NCBI GenBank assembly: GCA_038243585.1
Contig: JBBSQY010000068.1
Location: 1 to 13,221 of the forward strand
Source: Candidatus Sumerlaeales bacterium
GTDB lineage: Bacteria; Sumerlaeota; Sumerlaeia; Sumerlaeales; Sumerlaeaceae
Direction: 5' to 3'
Length of the DNA: 13,221 nt
A model generated the notes under the pieces. That model had not been told where the DNA came from. It was given only the letters and a program-made list of their open reading frames with translations, and ran no database searches. Both the position numbers and the translations under genes were made by a program. The number at the start of each line of letters is the position of its first letter. The first letter of the stretch is position 1. Positions 7,574 through 13,221 of the stretch are shown in pieces.

Positions 7574-8983
7574 TTAAAAATCGAAATAAATAAACGGCTG
7601 ATAATCCTGCGTCCACGTAAGAACGAGGATGGCAATAAACGCAGCATACACCGCGCCTCGAAGTACAAAAGACTTATCCATCAGCCAAGTATGCCGGCCA
7701 TGCAGAAATTCCGGTATATCTATCAGCATGATAATCCCTGTAGCATACAAGACCAGGCGAAGCCGGTCCGGCTCCGGCGAATAGGTAAACTGTAGCAAAG
7801 TTCGATAGAACTCAATAGTGCGTTCGGTGCCCGGGATAATAGAAATGATCTGGGTAAACAACAGCATGTGAAACGTAAGCAAACCCAGCACAAACATCGT
7901 CGCCGGATACAAACCCGACCGCTTGGTGGCTTCCAGAAACGCTCTGTACCAAGGCGAAATCGCCTTTCCAATACAGAGAAAAACGCCGTTTATAAATCCC
8001 CAGAAGACGAAATTCCAGGTGGGTTTGTGCCAAAGACCCGCCAGCGTAAACGTGATGATCAGGTTGCGATAGGTTTTCCAGGTGCCGGCGCGGCTGCCCC
8101 CCAGCGGGAAATACAGATAGTCGCGCAGCCAGCTCGCCAGAGAGATATGCCAGCGCCGCCAGAAATCCGTAATCCCGACAGCGAAATACGGCCACATGAA
8201 ATTTTCCTGCAAACGAAAACCCATAAAAAGCGATACACCACGGGCGATGTCTGTGTAGCCGGCGAAGTCGCAATAGATGCGGATAACGAACATGTGGGCC
8301 ACCAGGAACAGCGTCCAGCTTGAGTAATCGCTCGGCGAACTAATAGGCGCCTGGATCCAGTTAGCAATCACATCCGCCACCGCAACTTTTTTTACGAGCC
8401 CGACCAGCACGAAATACGTGCCCTCCGACCACATACGCGCGTCCACCCGCCGCGGAGCTAGTATCTGCGGCAACATATACGATGCCCGCAAGATCGGCCC
8501 AGCCACCAGGTGCGGCCAAAACGAAACAAACACCGCAAAATCCAGCAGGTTGCGAACCGGTTTCAGCTGCCCGCGCCCCACATCAATGGTATACGACAAC
8601 GTCTGAAACGTGTAAAAAGAGATGCCCAGGGGCAGCATGACATTAAGCGTCCAGCCGTCGGCGTTCCACCCGATCGCCTGAAACAGACGCTCAAAGTTCT
8701 CTTCGAAAAAGTTATAGTATTTAAAAAAGCCCAGTAACGAAAGCTGGCCAATCACACTGACATAAAGCCACTTCCGCCCCCCCGGACCAGGGATCTTCAG
8801 CCCGCAATACCAGTCCAGCACTGTAGAGATCGCCAATAATCCACAAAAACGCCAGTCAAACCAGCCATAAAAAAAATAGCTGGATGCCACAAGCAGGATA
8901 TTCTGCCACCGAAAGTTGAGGACATAGTACAGCCCCAATACGATGGCAAAAAAAATAAAGAATTCGGGAGTATCAAAAACCAA
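7574..8983 (-). CDS. MBOAT family O-acyltransferase (AlgI/PatA/DltB-like)
   Basis: S.FFYGW.D, FFKYYNFF, LPLGISFYTFQ.LSY.IDV, P.LVAGPI.R, GL.KK.AVAD, YCDF.GY.DIA.G, ENF..PY, FWRRWHISL..WLRDYLY.PLGG, GLWH and C-terminal FIYFDF. TTG start. Confidence 0.96.
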   Translation of the reverse strand: MVFDTPEFFIFFAIVLGLYYVLNFRWQNILLVASSYFFYGWFDWRFCGLLAISTVLDWYCGLKIPGPGGRKWLYVSVIGQLSLLGFFKYYNFFEENFERLFQAIGWNADGWTLNVMLPLGISFYTFQTLSYTIDVGRGQLKPVRNLLDFAVFVSFWPHLVAGPILRASYMLPQILAPRRVDARMWSEGTYFVLVGLVKKVAVADVIANWIQAPISSPSDYSSWTLFLVAHMFVIRIYCDFAGYTDIARGVSLFMGFRLQENFMWPYFAVGITDFWRRWHISLASWLRDYLYFPLGGSRAGTWKTYRNLIITFTLAGLWHKPTWNFVFWGFINGVFLCIGKAISPWYRAFLEATKRSGLYPATMFVLGLLTFHMLLFTQIISIIPGTERTIEFYRTLLQFTYSPEPDRLRLVLYATGIIMLIDIPEFLHGRHTWLMDKSFVLRGAVYAAFIAILVLTWTQDYQPFIYFDF

Positions 8984-9130
8984 CTGCGGAAGCCTGCCTA
9001 GGTGGGTTTGTCAGCAACAATTGCCTCGTGCGAAAAGGGCTTATGAAATCAGAGAGAGCAAATTCCCAATCGCACCGTTCAAAAACGCGAAATAATCCGC
9101 AGTTTCCACATGAGTTTGCAATAATACCCA

Positions 9131-9202
9131 GGATAAAATAAGACGAATTTGGAGTGCGGTAGCAAAGCGGCCGGTACCCGCCCAGTTACCGCTTTTCTAA
9201 GG
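9131..9202. repeat. Repeat A copy 1 (72 bp, TTTGGAGTGCGG-headed hairpin)
   Basis: 66/72 identical to 9547-9618 by manual alignment; stem GCGGTAGC...GTTACCGC. Confidence 0.9.
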
Positions 9203-9205
9203 ACC

Positions 9206-9264
9206 TGCCCCCTACAAGCCGCCGAAGGTGCGATTCTATTCCAGCCCAGGGCAACGCCCTGGGT
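9206..9264. repeat. Repeat B copy 1 (truncated; GCC-GAA-GGT and CCCAGGGC-AAC-GCCCTGGG hairpins)
   Basis: Near-identical to 9395-9452, and its core matches 10462-10510. Confidence 0.9.
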
Positions 9265-9394
9265 AACCACCAATTGAGTTTCTCAAAACATGAACCACCA
9301 CGCGCGCCAGCACAACCATAAAGACAACCGCCGCTTAACCCAAGCGGGGTCAACGATTCCTTAGTATAAGAATAAATTAATTAATTAACACACA

Positions 9395-9501
9395 TGCCCC
9401 CTACAAGCGCCGAAGGTGCGATTCTATACCAGCCCAGGGCACCGCCCTGGGTCAACTTACCCCAGAATTCAAGGGCTGAAGGCCCGATTTATAGACCCAA
9501 C
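9395..9501. repeat. Repeat B copy 2 (three-hairpin REP-like element)
   Basis: 9404-9501 is 89/98 identical to 10462-10559. Hairpins GCGCC-GAA-GGTGC, CCCAGGGC-ACC-GCCCTGGG and GGGCT-GAA-GGCCC. Confidence 0.9.
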
Positions 9502-9546
9502 CATTCAACCCTGAATGTCAGCAGTAATATTACCACCAAGGACCCC

Positions 9547-9618
9547 GGATAAAACAAGACTAATTTGGAGTGCGGTAGCAAAGCGGGTTGTACCCGCCCA
9601 GCTACCGCTTTTCTAAGG
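9547..9618. repeat. Repeat A copy 2
   Basis: Direct repeat of 9131-9202, 416 bp downstream. Stem GCGGTAGC-AAA-GCGGG-TTGTA-CCCGC-CCA-GCTACCGC. Confidence 0.9.
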
Positions 9619-9788
9619 GAACCACCACCAATTGTGTTCCAACGATAAAAACCACCACCAGCCACCAGCCACCAGCCCAGCCATTAAGACAACCGCACCT
9701 TAACCGAAACCAGCGTCAATAACGCATATCATAGGACCAAATTGATTAGACAACCCGTCCTCTTTATTCTAAAGCTCCAGCAAAACAC

Positions 9789-10214
9789 CTATTTCGAGGC
9801 CGCAAAAACCACAGTTCCGGTCATGCCATTCTCAGCGTGCTTGCCAACCGGACAATACGCCTCATAGCTTCCTGGAGGAAGGTGAACAATCATAGTCGTT
9901 TTTTCACCCGGCTGCAGAACTTTGGTAGCAAACTCAACTTCCTCGCCACCGACTTCGCCTTCCACCTCGAACGCATGCGGAACTGTGCAAACGTTTTCAA
10001 TTTCAAAACTGGCCTTAGGTTTGTTTATCGTAACAGTTTCAAAACCAAGCGTACCCATCTTCAGTTTAACAGGCACCACCTGAGTATCCGCGTCCTGCGC
10101 GCCAGGCTGAGCAATTGACGCTGTGGCAGTAGTATCCTGTCCCATTACCGGCGCTACGCTTAGAATAGCCAAAGCGGTAACAAACGCCGCAGGTATCTTC
10201 CATTTCATAATCAT
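9789..10214 (-). CDS. Secreted cupredoxin / blue copper-binding protein
   Basis: Signal peptide, upstream His (VPHAF) and type-1 copper loop YEAYCPVGKHAENGM (C-x4-H-x4-M). RBS GGAGA before ATG 10214. Confidence 0.88.
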   Translation of the reverse strand: MIMKWKIPAAFVTALAILSVAPVMGQDTTATASIAQPGAQDADTQVVPVKLKMGTLGFETVTINKPKASFEIENVCTVPHAFEVEGEVGGEEVEFATKVLQPGEKTTMIVHLPPGSYEAYCPVGKHAENGMTGTVVFAASK

Positions 10215-10461
10215 TTACGAAGTCTCCATTTCCAATAATAGATCGAGCTTTTTGCTCAACCATTACCGACACGCAAACATCACGCCACGCAGAAAGCAGA
10301 CTTCCATGCCAAACCGGCGCCGCCCATCACTCCGCGCCGCTCAAAATTCCCCCAGCTGTTCCATCTCCACCTCGTTATATCAATAGTCTGTCTTGTTTTC
10401 CCACCGCTTAATGCAGTGCCATTCGTGCGCGTCCCCTAAATTACGTGGGTCCACCATTTTC

Positions 10462-10559
10462 CAAGCGCCGAAGGTGCGACTCTATTCCAGCCCAGGGTAA
10501 CGCCCTGGGTAAACTTACCCCCGGATTCGAGGGCTGAAGGCCCGATTTATAAACCCAAC
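10462..10559. repeat. Repeat B copy 3
   Basis: Direct repeat of 9404-9501 (89/98 identical), same orientation. Confidence 0.9.
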
Positions 10560-10681
10560 AGTTAAACAGTCCCGCGCGACTATCTCCCCCAGCTTTTCTT
10601 ACTTTTGCTTTACCTGAAGGTCCTCGCCGTAGAGGGACTGCATGGTGGCAAAAAAAAATAGTTAAAAGCCTGATATGCCCA

Positions 10682-10972
10682 TTAACCATCAATCCAAGCC
10701 CTGAAAACATGTAATATCTCACAAAGCTTGTCACTGTCCCCAACACCATGGAAATGACCATCTTCAACCCAACATCGCACCCAATCTGTATTGTTATTGT
10801 CTACGAATATAGGAGTGAACGAACTCAACGACTTACTATCCTTTAAAGCGATAATAACCCGCCAACCAGGGTTATCTATAGTTTGAACAGAGATTCCAAA
10901 TGAATGCTCCCAATCACCGTCCGTTTGCCCTTTAAACCAATTTTGAAGCCAACACAAATCATCTAAAGTCAT
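10682..10972 (-). CDS. Immunity protein Imm53 family (polymorphic-toxin immunity)
   Basis: L.WLQ.W.....DGDWEH.FGI...TIDNPGW...I.L and the C-terminal W..C.V....F.G.GD...L..IL..F..W pattern. ATG 10972 gives 96 aa and starts just before the conserved motif. Visibly AT-richer than its neighbours. Confidence 0.88.
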   Translation of the reverse strand: MTLDDLCWLQNWFKGQTDGDWEHSFGISVQTIDNPGWRVIIALKDSKSLSSFTPIFVDNNNTDWVRCWVEDGHFHGVGDSDKLCEILHVFRAWIDG

Positions 10973-11032
10973 TTGGGAATACTCAAATACAGGGGCAAAT
11001 AGGTTCAAATACGGGGACGCGTTATTATTGTT

Positions 11033-12802
11033 TCATGCGAAGTACACTGCACATGCAGTCCAGGAAACGGCGGCAAGCAGGGCTGCGGCTGATGCGGGCA
11101 CTATCTGTGTTTTTACGTGGTCCATGAGATCGCATCCAGTACACATCGAACTCAGGACGGTGGTATCAGAAATGGGGGAACATTGATCGCCGAAAATACT
11201 GCCATTTAAAACCGCAGCAAAACAGATCATCATAAAGACTTCGACGTTCTCAACTCCCTGGGAATGGGCAACTGCCAGGGCCAGCGGCATCGCTAGCGGA
11301 AAGGTAACTGCATAAGTGCCCCAGCTGGTTCCGGTAGAGAAAGCGATCATAACAGTGAGCAACTGAAGCAGCACCGGAAGCGACCAGAACGGAAGCTTGT
11401 CGCCTAATAGATCTACCAGGTAAATACCGGCGCCGGTCTCCCGACTGATCCCGCCCACGGCAATAGCCAGCAAAAGAATAACCGCACCGAAAACCACACC
11501 TTTTAGCCCCTGCACATAACCCTCCATCACATTCAGCAAGCTCATGCCGCGTATCAGCGCCAGGCCGAAAGCCACCAGCACTGCCGCGCCGAATGCCCAC
11601 CGCACCTGCGGAGAACCCATGACGATGAACGTGCCAACGGCGATACTGATGAGGGTAAACAGTGGAAGGAAGAAATCGATTATGTGCGGAGTGTAACCTG
11701 GGGGAACAGAGGCAACCTGCAGCTCTTTTGCGCTTAATGGGTTTGAGTCTGGCGCATCAAGTTCGCCTGTGGTCCTGGCCCGCTCGATGGCACGGCGAAA
11801 TTTCTTTCCCAATACAGGTGCCTTATCCATGCATAGCAGAAGGGTTCCCAAAACGGCGAAAATGCAGTAGAAGCTGAAAGTGAGGCTGCGGAAGAAAAAG
11901 GATACTCGGTCGGCCTCGGTGGCAAGAAAGGTGACCCCGGGCACGAATAGGAATGCCTGTACATATCCCGGCCATGCATTGAAAGCGATAAGCCCTGCCA
12001 CTGGCGACGACGTGGAGTCGACTATGTACGAGAGCTCTTCGTGGCTGACATTCTGATCGTCAGACAGCGGTTTAACCGTAGTGCCAACGAGCACGGAACT
12101 AACTGTTCCACCCTGGAAAAAGATAATCCCTAACATCCAGGCCACCAGCTTGGCACTGCGCGGGCCGCGTACCACGTGAGTAGACATGGTGCGGGCAAAG
12201 GCTTGCGCGGCACCGGTGCGAGACCAGATGCCCATAAGGCCGCCCAACAGCCAGAGGTAAAGCAGGAGAACCCCGGCCGCGTCGCGCGTCATCAGCGTGG
12301 TGACAAGTACGTCATCGGTGATGTCATATTGCCCCAGGATAAATGCACCCACGACCACGCCACCAAAAAGCGCCGTGAGAGGTTCCTTGGTAATCCAGCA
12401 CAGCGCCACTGCCACAATGGCCGGCAGTAGCGACCAGAATCTCCAATGTTTCTTTGCTGTCAGTTGATAATAGGCCGTAATCGAACCGTTGTCTGACTCA
12501 ATCGTTTCATAAGCAACCTGCTCGGTTATGGCAGGTGCCACACCGGATTTATTTAATGCCGGAAGATTCGCGGGATTCAGTTCCGATTCGGCCAGCGCAA
12601 CAGGGTCTATTATGTACCGGGGCGCATCGCGAAAGACATAAAAGAGTTTCCCCGCCTCGTCGCGCTGCACATCCAGCGTGTGGCGCTCCACGACCCAGGT
12701 GGGTGCCACGTGCGCTCCCACCCAGTATGCAAGTATAAGTGCTGCAAAAAAGATCCACATTGCAGGAGACGAAAGAAAGCGAGAAAGATTTCTATTTTTC
12801 AT
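11033..12802 (-). CDS. Na+/H+ antiporter NhaC family (ion-transporter superfamily) membrane transporter
   Basis: WSLLP..VA..L...TK, VS.E.L.YIVDST..PVA, AFSTGTSWGT, G.IFGD.CSPISDTTVLSS...GC..MDHV.TQ and many TM segments. Start is ATG 12802 or TTG 12811. Confidence 0.9.
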   Translation of the reverse strand: MKNRNLSRFLSSPAMWIFFAALILAYWVGAHVAPTWVVERHTLDVQRDEAGKLFYVFRDAPRYIIDPVALAESELNPANLPALNKSGVAPAITEQVAYETIESDNGSITAYYQLTAKKHWRFWSLLPAIVAVALCWITKEPLTALFGGVVVGAFILGQYDITDDVLVTTLMTRDAAGVLLLYLWLLGGLMGIWSRTGAAQAFARTMSTHVVRGPRSAKLVAWMLGIIFFQGGTVSSVLVGTTVKPLSDDQNVSHEELSYIVDSTSSPVAGLIAFNAWPGYVQAFLFVPGVTFLATEADRVSFFFRSLTFSFYCIFAVLGTLLLCMDKAPVLGKKFRRAIERARTTGELDAPDSNPLSAKELQVASVPPGYTPHIIDFFLPLFTLISIAVGTFIVMGSPQVRWAFGAAVLVAFGLALIRGMSLLNVMEGYVQGLKGVVFGAVILLLAIAVGGISRETGAGIYLVDLLGDKLPFWSLPVLLQLLTVMIAFSTGTSWGTYAVTFPLAMPLALAVAHSQGVENVEVFMMICFAAVLNGSIFGDQCSPISDTTVLSSMCTGCDLMDHVKTQIVPASAAALLAAVSWTACAVYFA

Positions 12803-13221
12803 CCCTCGCAATCACTCCCGCAAAAACATGTGGTCAAGCTCGAATGGCCTGCGGGCTGAACCTGAGCCGTTTTTGTGGACATTTGTATTGGGGGAATACA
12901 GGAGCGAAGCTTCATATTAAGGTTACCGGAGCTGGCCGTAGCTGGTTTTATTTTAGTTATCCGCCCTGTCGGCCTGTTTTTCCACAGCCTGATTTTTTTT
13001 ATAAGATAATTACGTAACCTCCTATGCCGCAGGCTTTTGTCCTGATCTATTAGGTTCTTAATTGAAATATCGGGAATCTGCTTGTTTGGTCTCGGGCTAG
13101 ACAGCGTGGAGGTGGCTTTTGTATTCATGGCATTGATGTGCCATGGGGAATGTGGGGTTGGAATTCCCGTATGGACACTTCGGGAAGCGTCGGGAAACGT
13201 CGGTTACGCAGAAGATTTGAC

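Noticed and set aside
6727..7593. 288-aa plus-strand ORF, and other long antisense ORFs such as 7868-8323, 1095-1493 and 3055-3432
   Set aside because: Antisense shadows of well-supported minus-strand genes, with no recognisable motifs.
8869..8955. Two T8 tracts near the 5' end of the MBOAT gene as phase-variation sites
   Set aside because: They coincide with Phe-Phe codons in hydrophobic or conserved segments, are short, and the frame is intact.
9079..9273. Short ORFs over the repeats (9079-9273 and 10441-10767)
   Set aside because: Translations of palindromic repeats (TQGVALGW, PRALPWAG); 10441-10767 also overlaps Imm53 in another frame.
9451..9490. GTCAACTTACCCC...CTGAAGGC resembles the start of IscB/omega-RNA (IS200/IS605) loci
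   Set aside because: No IscB, TnpB or TnpA ORF follows, and copy B3 reads GTAAAC; better explained as part of repeat B.
10294..10312. Sigma-54 promoter upstream of the cupredoxin (minus strand TGGCATGGAAGTCTGCT)
   Set aside because: GG-to-GC spacing is 11 nt rather than the strictly required 10.
9131..10559. CRISPR array
   Set aside because: Repeats are 60-100 bp, of several types and irregularly spaced; the intervening sequences are partly homologous to each other; no cas genes are present.
10599..10660. Possible PIN-toxin remnant (minus strand MQSLYGEDLQVKQK, like LYSEDLQ)
   Set aside because: Too short to distinguish from chance without a profile search.
10553..10680. Integron attC site after Imm53 (GTTGGGT fits GTTRRRY on the minus strand)
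   Set aside because: No complementary RYYYAAC box or extended imperfect palindrome links it to the gene end, and no integrase is present.
12799..13128. 109-aa minus-strand ORF upstream of the NhaC gene
   Set aside because: No recognisable domain or RBS, and it spans AT-rich promoter-like sequence; probably non-coding.

Overview
Bacterial chromosomal window, almost all coded on the minus strand. Left: a conserved housekeeping run (M50 site-2 protease, trpS, 5' part of scpA) interrupted between trpS and scpA by an AT-richer, translationally coupled pair of a 63-aa protein and a nucleotidyltransferase, resembling a MenA1/MenT1-type toxin-antitoxin module. Middle: an L,D-transpeptidase divergent from a YihY/BrkB gene, then an MBOAT O-acyltransferase - SGNH-like protein - GNAT operon. 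Right: an ~800-bp non-coding mosaic of REP-like hairpin repeats (a degenerate tandem duplication with an inserted element), a secreted cupredoxin bracketed by two 98-bp direct repeats, an orphan Imm53 immunity gene and an NhaC-family transporter. No rRNA, tRNA, CRISPR array, transposase or integrase is visible. All family calls come from motif recognition by eye; no database search was run.
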